Shown: piece by piece, positions 11,754 through 25,811 of the stretch
Numbering within the stretch: position 1 is the stretch's first letter
Layout: each line of letters begins with the position of its first letter
Source: Amoeboaphelidium protococcarum X5
Taxonomy: Eukaryota; Fungi; Aphelidiomycota
DNA: 64,000 bases
Assembly: GCA_023515725.1 (NCBI GenBank)
Contig: JALDTO010000246.1
Span: 281,680 to 345,679, forward strand
Direction: 5' to 3'
Translations under genes and position numbers: made by a program
The notes under the pieces: generated by a model
Database searches by the model: none
Told to the model about the DNA's origin: nothing
The model's input: the letters and a program-made list of their open reading frames with translations, nothing else

Positions 11754-14039
11754 TCACTTCTAAGTCGACTTCTACTTGAGCAGAAGCTCGCGGTTCTATG
11801 AAACAAGAGTATGGACCCAACTCTAATTAGAATTCCAGTACTTTTTTGCTTCATTGTATTCAGCAATCTTTTGTTATGCTGCTGCAGTAGTCTATTGACC
11901 AGCAGTTGGATTAGATTCAATATGCAGATATTCTAATTGCAACTTTTCCAGCTACTGACAATGGTGTTAAAATTCGCGGTCAAACGCGTGATGATGCTGT
12001 TGATCAAATAAAGCCAGCGGAACATAGCTCAACATCTATTCATTAAAAGTATCTTTGGTACCGCCAGTGCTACTAGAATCACTTAATGCAATCTTGGCCA
12101 ATTTACTAAAGAAACCGCCAGACTTCTCCTTGCTCTGAGATGCCTAAGTTTTCAGATCATTGACATTAGACAACAGAAACACCTTGACATCTTTACCAAA
12201 CGACACATAACTGCCATCATGAATCATACCAATATTCAAATCAGGCACACCAGTCCTCGATCCCAAATCTATGATGGCCTTCTAAAATGCATATGCCAAC
12301 TAGTCGTATTCTTTTGAAGAGGTGAATTGAGCGGGAAGATTCTGGATTTCACCACGCTATTTTGCAGCAAGGCATTTAACAAACTCATTTTCCTCCTATG
12401 ACAACTGAACCAAACCACCAATACCGCCAGTAGCTGATGAAGCCACAGATATTTAACTGATTCGTGATCCGGGTGTACTACTCTCAGAAGCAGCTTTACT
12501 GTGACCTTTCAGTTTAACTATTGGAATCAAAGAGTTGTCATGTTTTAAAGTTAACACATCCAAGGACTCTGTCGTATTCTTACATTTTAAAAGACCAACG
12601 TATACGCCGGGAAGCAATCTCTGGGTCTTGGCTTAGTAATATTACAAGTACAGCGCCCAAATAGAGTCATCTTCCACGACATGATACTTTGGATTGAAAT
12701 TTCTAGCACTACGCCATCTGAGGTCATGCTATTTCAGCAAAGAGTCCTCGATAGGTTGAGCATTAAACTAAATCGCAACCAGAACCTAAGAGCCTTCCAC
12801 AAGACTTAATTCCACAGGCAGATGATACAAATATCCCAGCTTCTTCAATCCCAGCTATTGATTAAATGTAAGACAGGCCTTGTAGAAATCGCTCTTGAAC
12901 TGGCACTGCTTCACAAGAGCATTTGTCTACTACTTCTTTGACAAGCCCTCAATAAGCCCAGAATACTCACTGACAATGGAAGTCAGGGCCTCAGTGGAAA
13001 ACACAAACTTTTCGTCTTGACCAGCGTTTATAGCTTCAGAGGCTTAGAGTTCATAGTCGAAGCATCTCTGCTGCAGCCACGAAAACTCCTTTGCACCCAA
13101 TCCAAAATTTTCTACAAATTAGGAGTCTGATGCAATTTCCAGAATGGGAAGAGTGCCACGACTGTTCATTAACACTCTCTTAGTAACATCGAACAACAAT
13201 ACTGCTAAATACAGACGATTCTTTTGCAATTTATCCACAAAAATATGACTGCTTCCGACTTTATTCTCACTCTAACTGTTGGCAGATGATAAAGTGGCGG
13301 CGTCGATGCCAGATGGCTAATCCATATCACCTGTACCTGTATCTTTTACGTGAAACTCAAGCGTGCATCCTTCGTCAACTTGATGCTGTGCTAAATATCC
13401 AGAGAAAATTAAACCGCTTTGGTTTTTTAATTTCAAATGCAGCGGAGAAATACCATTGAGCCCGGCGGCTTTCAACAACTTGGGAAGTAGTTTGTGCACC
13501 TCCTCATTTAAATCAACTTAAAGCTACTTAGACATCAAAAAGCTCACCTCATCACTATCGTGCAGCATAATCTCCACCGTGACATTTACCTGTTCTTTTA
13601 TCACAGGACTGGATACATTCGAATTGGTCGCGGACAGATACGAAATTTCAGATTCAAAGCTACCATTGCTTGAAGTGCGCCCCGATGCAAAACTAGCACC
13701 ACCTGATACAAAGTAAGACGCATCCAAAAACGGTTTAAAGTTCTGCGCCAATAAACTGAATTGATTATGACCTCTTCCCACAGCGGCAGCATGCAGCGAT
13801 GTGGTCGTAGCACCGCCAAAATTGACAGGGGCAGTCGAGGTTCTAACCATACCAGCTCTACCAGCAGATACTTGACGAGATGCTGTTGTTGCGTGCGAAT
13901 CAATGGATAGCCTGGATCCACTACTGATTGAGCCTTATCTCAGATCACTAGATTGGATAATATCATCTTCAGGGAGCGGATCTGAGAATTTGGGTGTTAC
14001 TGGAGGTGCAGTACGAATTCTGTTAATTTATCTAGCCAT
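11754..14039 (-). CDS. ANKFN1/Wide-awake-like protein (761 aa) with ubiquitin-like domain, no ankyrin/FN3
   Basis: Open frame under code 6; KLQKNRLYLAVLLFD..VLMNSRGTLPILEI..EFSWL, LLPGVYVGLLKCKNTTESLDVL..LIPIVKLK and YVPLALFDQQHHHAFDREF match, in order, recalled conserved blocks of ANKFN1/Wake. Confidence 0.65.
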
Positions 14040-14379
14040 ACTATGAAACTCTTATCAATATCAACTTATCAGCAGAATAATAGTGATTGTTCATACATTG
14101 ATAACGCTATGATACTCGCTATTTATAGCCAGCCTTATCAGCTCAATGGTTGCTGCTTGATTAAATTTGATGATCGCTTTATCATCAGGCTTTTTATAAT
14201 TCAAGACATCAAAGTTTATTTTGTCCTTTACAAATCCAAAGAACCTGAGCCTTTTATACCACTCGGTAATGCTATAAGCATCTACTTCGCCGTCGTTTCA
14301 AAATCGCATCCCATTGCGTTCTTAATCAGTCTTTCTCTTCTCTCCGTCCAACTCAGTTGGTTGAAACAACGTTATTAAA

Positions 14380-17300
14380 ATGACCAAAGAAGTATCCAGC
14401 CCAGTGTAATCCAAAGTTGAGGAAAAGGATCAACTCTCAAGTCTGTTGATGAGTACAGTATTCAAAGACAGGTTCCCATTTGATAATTTGGGTAAGATGT
14501 ACTTTTTATGGCTACTATATGATAAAAAATGTTTGTAGTAAGAAATGTGCTTCCACGGCCGATACCAACGCGTTTAATAGACGTGAAAGAGTGTGAGTCG
14601 TTTCATCTTGACCAGGAATGCGTTGATTTATTATCTCATTCGGTTGAAACTGAATTCTAAGCTTTGTAAGAATATTCCTCTACTATACTGCCATGCTCAT
14701 AGTTATGGTTTAGTGTAGACAGTTCCATGATTTGCCGCGTCATCCAATCTTCGTGTCCAAAAAGCCGACCGTTTCAGAATCTGATCTCGCGACTCTTCTC
14801 TGCAAACTTGAACTGAAGAATTAAATCATTGATTTATCTAGTGTGGACGTTCCTCATTTGAAATCCAAGACTCAAGGTTCTCATAAACGAAAATTGGACC
14901 CTTGTGTTAAGGAAAGCTATGTCGTAAAACGCGCTCCTCTGGCCAATAGTAGCTTACCAAGTCCTAAGACTCCGATGCGTATCTCAGAGTCTCACTCCTA
15001 ACAGCTTTTCTCCATGGTGTCTGATATATGCAATGAATTTGACGGTATTGCGGATTGCGATCAGCCACTTCATTTCGTCGTAACAGAAGAATGCCACGTT
15101 CTTAATGCAACATCCTTGGAGTTACTATGGTAGTGTTTGAAAGGCGATTAGTCTAATAATTCGTTGCCTGATAACTTGATTGTTCAGCTGTGCAGGATCA
15201 TCGATTCAACTTTGGAGAATCACAAGAACGGGCTCAATTTTACGAGCACTGCCGCTCTTTTGAAATTTCTGCAATTGGATATCAGCAATCCTGTACGTAG
15301 TGTTGATGTATTGATGGGAGTCATACGTAGTTGGCGCGTCTCCTTGGACAATTTGAGTGAGCTGAGGAATGATCAAGTGGACTCAATGCCTTAATCTCTT
15401 GCACAAATGGAAGAAAATTTGATTCTGTACACTTAATTGCTCTAAAAGTTTCCCATGTACGTTCGTGATGAGTTGGCTATCCCGTCGATCTACTTTGCCC
15501 TTGACTTGGTGACAAGATACATTCCTCAGATGCCAGAGTCTAAGTCTAACAGTCTACGTGTATTTAAGGCAGTATGTCGTTCTCTCTGTGTTTCCAGTGT
15601 TCGTCTGTTCAGTCTCATACTATCGCTGGATGTTGGTAATGCTCCGGTTTATTTTCATGAAACCGTGTAATACTTATGCAGTCTTCAGTCGTGCAAGGAT
15701 TCATCTGAATCTTTTAGCCTGTCGTCTATAGTTGCTTGTTCTGTTGGAAGTCCCTATGGTATATAGGCCTCTTTGTATGATAAGCATCTTTGTTGCGTAC
15801 TGGTAACTGATCAAACGTATGTCCATGCTGGATCCTTGTTTATGTTGTCCTTTTTCCAGAATATATTAGTTGACTCTAGTAGCGAAGATGCTGATAAGCT
15901 GTTGGTAAAGTGTTTGTATCAATTGTTATCTTTTGGGCTTAAGGATTCTCAAGATGAAGTTCCGACTAAGCAATTGGTAATACAGCATCGCGCAGTTGTT
16001 GAGGGATTACTCACTGACTGCCTTAGATTGTCGATGAAAAACGATGGTATTGTGGCTCCCATGGTTATTGTTATGTTTGTCAACTTATTGATCTAGATTG
16101 TTAGCGAGTAATCTCTGAATAGGAAGCTTTCTACTAGTGACTATGGTTGGTGTTTGCAGCTAATTGTAAGCATAGTTTAGCAAATGCGTGGACGCGCGAC
16201 TGCAGATCCGCCCCAAAGTCTTGATCAAACTGAAGATGTTTTAGATAATCTGCTTGAATTTCTGAATTAGCGTCTCTGTGATCATTTTAGTTTGTATATG
16301 GACGATAAGGACAGTTTACTTTCTTTCTTCTGCGAGGTTGTGAAAAAAGAGGCCACCATTTATGGCACTACTTGGGAAGTAATCTTGAAACGTGGTTCAA
16401 ACATTGATGAGATCAGTACATTTGACATAGCGTTATCTGCAATCAAGGCTGATTAGCGCACGTTTAATCTGCTAATTAATCTCATCGATGCTGAGAATAC
16501 TTAATTAGCTGTTAAAGCATACCGCTGCATGATCAGGCTGAAGTTTGATTAGCAGCCTCAGGAAGCGCTCTCTCGTCTCAGTTTGTCTCTAGCTACTCAT
16601 ATTCGTCATCAAGTAACCAGTATCAGAGAATGTTCGATTGACTGTATTAAAATGATGGTTAGTTAAGTTGAGATCAAATTAATGCTGTAGTTCTTGCAAG
16701 ATGTCTGCTTACGCACGCAAGATACGAGTGTTAGTGTTCGTAAGAAAGCTTTGATGCTGTTAAGAGAGTATTGTGCCAAGTTTTCGTCAACTCCCCCTCA
16801 TTAGTTATAAATCGATACTTATATGGTAGTAATAGGATAGCAGCTTTTGCGACGCGCCGCTCTTGAAGAAGATCCAGCCCTTAAACGCTTGGTAGTGGAG
16901 TCTGTTTTGCAAATATTTGTGCCGGAAGATGTTGAAATCATCAAGTCTACCAGCATTTAAGGTTTGCTTGCGAATGAATTGAGTATTAACATCACCGAAC
17001 TATCTGTCATGGAGAGGTAGTCTTTTGAACAATCATTACTGTTACTGCAGCAGATTCTGGCCAGCAGCAACTATCTACAGTTCTTTGAATCTCTATTGTC
17101 ATATGTAAAGAAGGATTTAGAGGGATGTCAGCCCGTCTCCGAGCTTGTGGTATTCTTTGCTTTGGCGATTGAATACTTATTCTAGCACTCAGACTCTGGA
17201 CCACTCCAGATGGAAATTCTTACGCAGCTGTCCTAATGGTATCCTCAAATGTTTTGCGCTCATTTCCAATTGATTGTTGATCGCATGCTCTCTGCATTGA

Positions 17301-19327
17301 ATAATGCCAGGGTGCTTAAGACTGTTTGGGGGAAATATTTGCTCACCAAATTCGGTTAAATCTTCTGCTTTGTTCTCGAACTATTCCGCGATTTGGTCAG
17401 CGGCAATATTGCTGCGATTGGAGAATGTATTATCGATCTTAGTCTCATCTCTCAGCTGGAACCGCTATTGCTGTCTTGTGTTTTAGACCAAAGTACATCT
17501 GTGGCGACTCAATCATTGAAATGCCTTGTTAAAATTGCCTAATGCGTTTCTTCAAACTTTGCTCTGTTGACAGTATTGCTTGAAAAGTGTCTGAACTTCG
17601 TGTCCTAGCTTACATAAGTTCAGTTATAAGCGAACTGGTAATATGCTTCGGCTGCTTTGAATGTGTGCAGTATTTTAATTTCTGAAGTTGACATCAAGAG
17701 CTTACAAGGTGAAAACTGTGGGCTTTCTCCCAATTTACTCGTTGATACTGCTTTAGCATAGCATTTTATCAGTCTTTTGTGCAAAGTGCTCGGAATGGTG
17801 CAGTCAGCGGACTACATGCCTCATTTACTCCAAGTTTGTGGACCTGTGATTAAAAAGTATCCAATGATGTTGGCTCATGATCAGCTGTCGGAAATACTTA
17901 AAGATACGCTCAATACTGATTCTCAGACACTATCGTCCTCGCCTACGAGAGCCCTTTGCGTCTATTCGGCTCTATCTCTGCTTGATATATTCTTCAAAGC
18001 TAACACTTCTGAATTTCCTGAGGGCAAGTAGGCTTCAAAGTACAAGTTTGAAATCTTACTGGGCTAATCGAAAACTCAGGAACAGAGTAGCGTGGTGGTT
18101 CATGTTGCACAATCCTATCTTTTGGCTATCAATCAATTAGTTCTATGTTCTGTGGTTGATATTCACATGATGTCGTTTCGTGTTTTGGCAGATATCATCA
18201 AAAGCCAATGCGTCTAGCCATTGTAAGTAATGCCGCCTGTTATTGCAACTTTATGCTCTGACTCTTCAATGAGTGGCCTTGCTAGTACCTTGCATGCAAA
18301 TCTAGTAAAGAAGCATGAATCGTTCATTCACAAACGTAATGGTGACGGAATTAAAATGTCATTCACTCTACGTGTCGATTTGAAGTAGAATCTAGTAGGA
18401 TATACTCAAGTGTATAATTTTACCTATGTCTCTGCTCTATAGTCATTGAGTAGCAATATTGCGTCTGATAAAACAGCTAGAGTTGACTTTGCGTAAACTC
18501 TCTCCCATCTAGTGAGTTCGTTGGCCTTGACATCTAAACCATCAATGGTCGACCTGCAATACGCTAATTATCTGTGCAATGCTATAGCTTCTTTGGATTT
18601 CAAGCACATTGCTGAAGTGCTGACGATTCTCTCTAGCCTGTAAAGTCTATTCGCTGAATCTTTGTTGGACGCTGAGACGTACCAAGGCTCGTTAATCAGT
18701 TAGCAAGAGTATTGTCAGTGTATCATATGGACATGCATTCTCAACTTGGATTACAACATGAAGATGGCATACGGCATTACCAAAGATAAACTCGCATCCT
18801 TCTCTCTCGGTCAAAAAGCTTCCAGCTCTAAATCTCTCAAGCGTGACGACAACTACCGAATCGTGCAGGTCGATGAATTAATGGTTCTCAATCAGGATGT
18901 CAATGATGATCTGAAGGCTAAAGCAATCTAAGCTTTTTAAAGGAGCTACGATCTGCTCTCCAATTCTGATGTATCTGTCCAGTAGCAGAAACGCAAATCT
19001 CGCCTATCCCACTCTAGCAATACGTCTGATACGTATGACTCTAGTAATACATCTTCGTCTGAAAAGAACAGCTCACGTATTGCTCAAGAGTCTCAAGGCA
19101 AAAAGAAGCGTCGTGTCAAGAAGAAGGTGAAGAGAAACGAAAGCGTTTAGTCTGATGCAGAGAACGTGGGTGTCAATGTTAATATCGCGACAAGCCCTTC
19201 TGCCAACCGTCCACCGCCGTCATCCTCCCGTCGTAAATCTGCAAGAAAGTCATCTAAAGTCAATTATTTGGAAAGTTCTACTACAGAATATTCCGCTCAT
19301 GATCAAGACTCTTCAGACTTTGAATGA
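14380..19327 (+). CDS. SCC2: Cohesin loader Scc2/NIPBL; introns 14492-14538 and 14666-14718
   Basis: HEAT-rich frame; DTSVSVRKKALMLLREYC, LLRRAALEED, VAQSYLLAI..IIKSQCVQPLQVMPPVIA, MKMAYGITKDKLASFS match NIPBL blocks; both introns are GT..TGTAG and restore frame. Confidence 0.85.
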
Positions 19328-19668
19328 TAAAAAACCAATCAAAATTGAAAGCTCTATTATCAGTACTGTACCAAACTTTCGTTCCCTGCATACAATTAAT
19401 TGCACAACCGTGTGGATCGCGTTCACAATCGAAAATGGGGCACAGCAGGGCACTCATATAATCGTGTGTGAGTCAATCGATCGACGATGACATGACCGAT
19501 CGCTTACCGATTTACAGTCCCCGTTGACAAAGTATCATCGTCACAACACACACACACACGACTTATTTCCAGTTCCCTAGTTACATCACAGAGACTGACT
19601 GGTTGTAAAAATATACACATCCTACAATTTCTGATAATTGAAGCATTAAAAGAAATAAAATCGTGACA

Positions 19669-22368
19669 ATGGACGTGCAATAGTAGTAGAAATTGTAGCC
19701 GGAGAATTACAGTATTTTTGACGGCTTTCCAGTCGTTTCTGACTCATCGTCCTTATCGCCGCCGACGACACTGTCAAAGTGGAAAAAAGCAGTAGATTAA
19801 CCTCTCTTGCTGGCCCTCAGTAGGCAAAGCTCGGAAAAGCAGTTGGAAGACGACCCTTAGAATATTGATAGCTGTTAATTCGCTGGATCCCATCTGGATA
19901 CCACAATGATGCGCTCCGAGTTTGAAGCCATGTAAGGTGGCGGCGATGCAGCGGGGATGACGTACGAATAGTTTGTTCAGTTCCTTGGTGCGACTGGCAT
20001 CTGCTCCTTTGTCTCTTTGAATTTATGGAAGTTTTGTATTGAGCATACGTCGAGTTATAATAATATTGTTGATTTGAATGATTAATCTTGCAAAAGTAGT
20101 GTCCGTAAAGATGGCTTGAGCTCCTATGATGAAGATGATTAAATGGCGATGAAATCGTGTCAAACCGTATTGTAATGGGAGTAATTCGATGCAGCGTGGC
20201 GATATCTATTCAAAGAGTCCAAGGGGGATAGAATCTTGCTGCTGTTCATAATGATCTGCGGTAATATCGCTGATAAGTCATAAACCAGATACATTTCAGC
20301 TGAAGCTTTAGAATAATTGATAAGGGAAGTTGTAGTGCAGCATCCAGAGTTGCAATTTCTGGCTGATAAGCCAATATTTATAGATTATTACGTGTAAACT
20401 GTTCTTACAAGAATATTCTTCCAAGTCAAGAGGTCAATACCACCCACTAGTGAGGACTGTTAGAAGTATGGACGCGCTGTGGCTATTACGCTGAAAGAGT
20501 TTCGTTTATCAGGATTGTTCGATATCCTCACACACCTTCACCTGATGGAGATTAATGAGGAGCACATGTTCTTCTCTTACAAGCATTACTTTGTACTCTA
20601 CTGCCGATTCCATGACTTGGATACACAAGACTGTTCTTATCTTAGTGCTGATGATATGACCAAGTATGATGGTGGATCAATCAACTCTCTTGTATTGGAA
20701 AGAATTCTGGATGGTATTGGACTTCCGTATAGATATCGCGAATCTTAATCATAGAGCAGTTCTTAATCTACATCATTTAGGTAGTTCAAATTGGCAGTTC
20801 ACTCATGCCTCACCTCACAGATTCTATCCAACTATCAGCGCGATTCTGGTATAGATCTTGATATCGACTCTCCTACTGATAATTGTAGCCAGGCTAGTGA
20901 TATGGAGCATCTTATTTCCGTTGAGGAGACTAAGCATATAGACACTAGTACGCGATCCCAGTACCGATACAAGTCACAATTGACTTATACTGAGTTCTTA
21001 TGGTTCATGCTGAGTGAAGAAGATAAAACTTCTGCTACAGCGATGGAATATTGGTTCAGAGTAATTGATCTGGATGGTGATGGTGTCATCTCTCTGTATG
21101 AATTGGAGCAGTTTTGGCGGCACTAAGAGTCCAAGCTGTACTTTGAGACTATGATGAATTTTGATTTTCGAGATATCGTTTGTGTGGTGTTGGATCTCCT
21201 TTAGATTTCTAGCTTTAGTAGTGGCTCTGAAGGTACAAATAGCTGTCAGATAACACTCAAAGATCTCAGACGCGATCCGGTTGGCACCAGTAAGTTCTTG
21301 GATCATTTTATAAATCGCAAAAAGTTGCTTGAGCGAGAGAGTTCAAGTGGATTTAAATTGTATCGGGAGATTGATGATTGTTAGTAGACGTACTTTTAAT
21401 AACTGCACAAAGTTTGTCCATCGCCATCGCCTTCATCATCCTAAGTTAATCTGAAATAAGCTCCGGATGGGTGTAACAACGTATCGTCTGAGAGGAGACA
21501 AAGTGTGGTCAATTATTTCTCAACCATTCCGTCTGACTGTAAATCTAGCTGGTCTAGATGGGCGGATTTGCAATATGATATACTGACATCCCATACACCA
21601 TCTGCGGGTTAGAATGGGGAGGACATCAATGGCTTTGCGTATTGTGATGAAGATGTTGATGACAATGATGAAGGGGATTATGAAGGTTATGACAATCACT
21701 AGAATGGTGATGAAGATGTTCACGCGTATGATGCAGCCTTTGCCATTTGCAACTCCACATCCACCCCAGATATGATTGGTATGGCAGCACAGCGACTGAA
21801 AATGCTCTAAAGTTGGGATTCTGATGAAGAAGATACTCATAACTAGTTGCATGATTAGTTCGCTCCTAAACCGAATCGTTAAAATAGTGATGAGAATGTC
21901 TCTGGTAAATATGACTTGAGACATGGTGCAGTAAGCAGATATTACTTGTCTAATCACCTCAAACAGCTGAGCATCTGTGAAGTGGATGAAGACGATGTTG
22001 ATGAAGGCATTGGACGCGAAAATGATCATTCACATTTGGCAAATGATTATCACCTTAATGATGATGTTGATGAAGATGGTGATGAAGAGAAGACGACGAA
22101 GTAGTGTTGGAGTAATATTGACTTGGTGGAAGTTCATAGCGGTCAAGGGTGTCATCAGTTTGAGTATGGTCGAGATATGAATGTATCTAGTCAGGAAGAT
22201 CAGCATCTCTCTTCCTATTTATGTGGAGCGTATTCTGGCACTCTGGCTTATTAATTTAGAACTGGTAGATCCATTGCCGCCTTATCCTCTTTTTAGTAAT
22301 AATCTTGTAGAACTGCAGAGTTTCTTCAAGATTTGGATCAGCCAATAGCCGATTTATCTATGGATTGA
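19669..22368 (+). CDS. PP2A regulatory subunit B'' (PPP2R3)-like EF-hand protein, 899 aa, long acidic C-tail
   Basis: HPELQFL, YVQTVLTRIF, FFSYKHYFVLYCRFHDLD, YTEFLWFMLSEEDKTSATAMEYWFRVIDLDGDGVISLYELEQF, WSRWADLQYDIL. Confidence 0.88.
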
Positions 22369-22836
22369 TAACTGATAATTCATTCTCACAAGGGTCTTTT
22401 GCAAGTAGTTTTGACAATAACATCATCATCATCATCATTAACATAGTTTAGTTTATCTAGAACGTTACGTTTTTACTTTTTATCTTGTGAAATTATTCAT
22501 CTTGAACAGTGAGTGATGGTAGATTTGCGCATTCATATTTAACGAGAAATGATAAGTAAAATGGGTGATATAGATTACTGTATTTCTCATCATGAAAAGA
22601 TTCTCACTTAGCCCATGCTTGATCTTATCAGAATACGTTTCACTTCTAACCTTAGCGTGGGAATATTGCAGCATGAGGCGCAGCAGCTCCATGTGGATGT
22701 TTGATCAATATTCAACAGTAGAGTTCTTTATGCAGATATTAGAGCGTTTTCGTATCAATGGCTTCAAAATAAAAAGTCAAAATTAGCTGTCAAGGAGTGA
22801 TCAAAACATTCTTAAATCTAAGATTATTCATATCAA

Positions 22837-24183
22837 TCAAGCAGATTTAGATTTATATTGTATGACGAGCCGCGTAACATTGAGCGCGACTAGTGACAGC
22901 ACCAGCCAGGGAGCAGCCTTTTCAATTGCATTCTGAAGCCCATTCTTTCTGGATGAGCGTCGACGTTGCGTTGACTAAACACCTTACACACCGACAATTC
23001 TATCCTCTAAATGGCCCTTTGTTGAATCGCTAGTCTATGACTCTGAATCGTCAATAATCTCAATCTGTTCGATACTCGTATCCAAATCATCTACGCCTTT
23101 CAGTTTAGAATCTGCTAGTAAAATTTAATTCAAACCATCTTTCTCCGTGCCGATGACATCATTAATACTCTCAAGATCTATAGAATCAATGTCAACGTAG
23201 GGAGTATCGGAGAGAAATCTAGACGCAATCAACTAATCACCTTATTGACATAATCGCTCCAACTTGGAAAAGGATTTAGGAATAGCCTTTGATGTGACAA
23301 ACTAGATTAATGAAGAAGGAACCCAACCTTGAGGATTACCATCAATCAGCTACCATATATCTGTAACAGAAGGATCCATCGGCTTCTACCTAATAATTTA
23401 GCCAGAGAGAGGACAATGCATACGCATAATACTTTCACTGGAGCGAGGCGGCATACCGGGAAAGTCTACAGATTTCGTCACATTAATCAGCCACTCATCC
23501 TGCAACGTGTCCTTTAGCAATAAATTGTTAGTCTTGCACATGTAAGACAGTAGTACCAAGTCGCGAGATTAAGCTGGCCATATACCTTTAGTCCTAATGT
23601 ACACAATACGCGTCTGAGCATCTATATGCTTCAATACTTTGGACTCTTCAATCAAATCATCCCACTTGTGTCTATTCTCTGTATCACACAGCAGATCAAA
23701 TACAGTATAAGGTGTAGTATTTCGTAACTGACCATAAAGTCGGAAATTAAACGCGCTATCTCTATTCTAATGTATAACTAGACGTGGATCTTCTTAAGTG
23801 ACTAATTACTACCACATTGCGTCATCCACAAGAGAGCTATTCAATTCTAATTTACTCAAAATATCCTTCAGCATCTTCATTGTTTATACTTTCTCGTCAT
23901 TTTAAGATTTTCTCATTTTCTAGATCGACAATTAAGTAATGCTTTTACCAGCAGGCATTGATTCACGCTGAACTTCACCATTTAACGAAACAGCCGGTGT
24001 ATGTTCAAGCGCATTTCCATCTGATTCTGACTATTATTGATTCGACAGAAGTCCAACTTATGAGATGATACCATCCACCAAAGATTATTACTAATAGAAA
24101 GAAGAAAGTAGCAATTCCAAGCTGTTATTCCACCTAGTAAGCGATTTAATTAAAAGCAGAGATTGTACTTGTATCACCAGCAT
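22837..24183 (-). CDS. START-domain lipid-binding protein with hydrophobic C-terminal anchor (start uncertain: 24183, or 24366 with possible intron 24213-24278)
   Basis: RHKWDDLI, IVYIRTKGIWPAQSRDLV, DGNPQGWVPSSLI START motifs; C-terminal APWLVLSLVALNVTRLVI. Confidence 0.8.
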
Positions 24184-24601
24184 CAGCAAAATGTGTAAAA
24201 AATCAACATGTTCTACAAAAAGTACAAAATGAGATAATACATTAAATTGAATTAAAGGTGTACATGTGATATGCTTACAGTAATAACATAATATAAGGCT
24301 ACACTCAATGAGAGTAGTAATTATTAGTGAAAATTTCTCGTTAAACTGTAATACAATCCCCATCATCACAAATCAATAGGATAGAGTTAACCGCTTTAAC
24401 GAAAAACAAAGACGCAGACGCGATTTGAGAAGAGAGCGACGGTAATGATTGAGCATAAACTGTTGGTGATTTTTTCTAAATAAATGATAACTACAGTAGG
24501 TGCAATCATCAAAATTTATTTCAATTCAATTAATTCACCTTTGTAGATATTATCACAGTGACACTGCAGGCTTCCAACAATAAAATATATATAGATAGCG
24601 C

Positions 24602-25603
24602 TCACAAATTATTACGCCCAGACAGTCTTTGATTGAGTTGCTCATTCTGTACACGGAGAGCATTGATCAGAATTTTGGCCTCATTCAGCATCTGATCACG
24701 GTCAGAGATTTGACGCGTCAGAGTGTTCACCTTCTCTTCCATGTTCTTTAGAGCCATCTCGAGTGTCTGGAGACGAAGATTCTTGCGTAGACGAGATCTT
24801 TTAGCAGCATCTGAATTCTTCATTCGCTTATACTACTTTCTATCTCCAGATCCATCTCCTTAGTCTTCAGGTATTTCTACAACAGGATGTAGAGGAAGCT
24901 TCTTGTCAACCAGTGCATCTACTGCATCATCTAGTGGGATATGAACACCCTTATCAGTTGGTATAAATATATTAGTAGTATTAGGATGTCTCCCACGTCC
25001 TTTGCGTTATTTAACTAGATCAGAATTCTTATTCTCCAGCAAGTTCTTGATATCTTCATCTTCTTCAAAATCATTAAAATTCAAAGTGGAAGCATCCAGC
25101 AATCTATCATCACCAGAGTAGCTATCTCCATTTGTAGACACGTCTCTAGTACTATAATTGCTATTTCCACCACCACCACCTCCTCCTGTCGTATATGATC
25201 TAGAGTATATGCCATAATCATCAAAAGTGTTGGAGCGCTTCCTAGAACTTGATGACCTGTGACGAGCATCATCTCCGATATCAATTCGGTGGAGTGGGTG
25301 TTGATGATGACTGTTGTTACCATAAGCGCCCAGAGCAGTGGTGAAGCTATCGGCAGAGAAATTTCTGTATCTCATTGCATCAACAGGATTCGTATCAGCC
25401 GGATTAACAAATGATGTGATGGATTATGGCTACTCAATAGGCTACTACTGTTAGTAAATACTACTACTTCTTGAAACACAACCAACATCCTAACCAGCAT
25501 CCGACACCTTGGAACCGGCGGGCGCGAGATAAGCGTACTCCGCAGATCCAGGGGAATAATTCAATACATTCGACAACATTGGCACAGTTTAGCAGCGAGT
25601 CAT
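24602..25603 (-). CDS. bZIP transcription factor, GCN4/CpcA-like basic region (333 aa)
   Basis: KRMKNSDAAKRSRLRK followed by leucine heptads; first in-frame ATG at 25603; TGA at 24602. Confidence 0.82.
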
Positions 25604-25637
25604 TCCTCCACCAATATGGTTGTTAATTAATATATTA

Positions 25638-25811
25638 TCACGACTATTCACAGCAGATGACTACTACTGATGAAGATGATACTATTAAGAATTAATACAA
25701 TTATTATCTGCAGTCGGGGGGAGCAGTGTGTGTGTGTCGTCTCGGAAAGTTTGCCGTCGTGCTGGTTGGTGGAGAGTTTAAATATGACGCCTCAAATGTC
25801 AACTCAGTCAT
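25638..25811 (-). promoter_or_regulatory. Candidate upstream ORF (57 aa) in the bZIP leader
   Basis: ATG 25811 to TGA 25638, out of frame with the main ORF and ending about 35 nt before its ATG; transcription start unknown. Confidence 0.35.

Noticed and set aside
22612-22717. Two hairpins (CCCATGCT/AGCGTGGG; GAATATTG/CAATATTC) followed by ACA, as a possible H/ACA snoRNA
   Set aside because: No ANANNA H box between the hairpins and no rRNA target recognised; too weak without a covariance search
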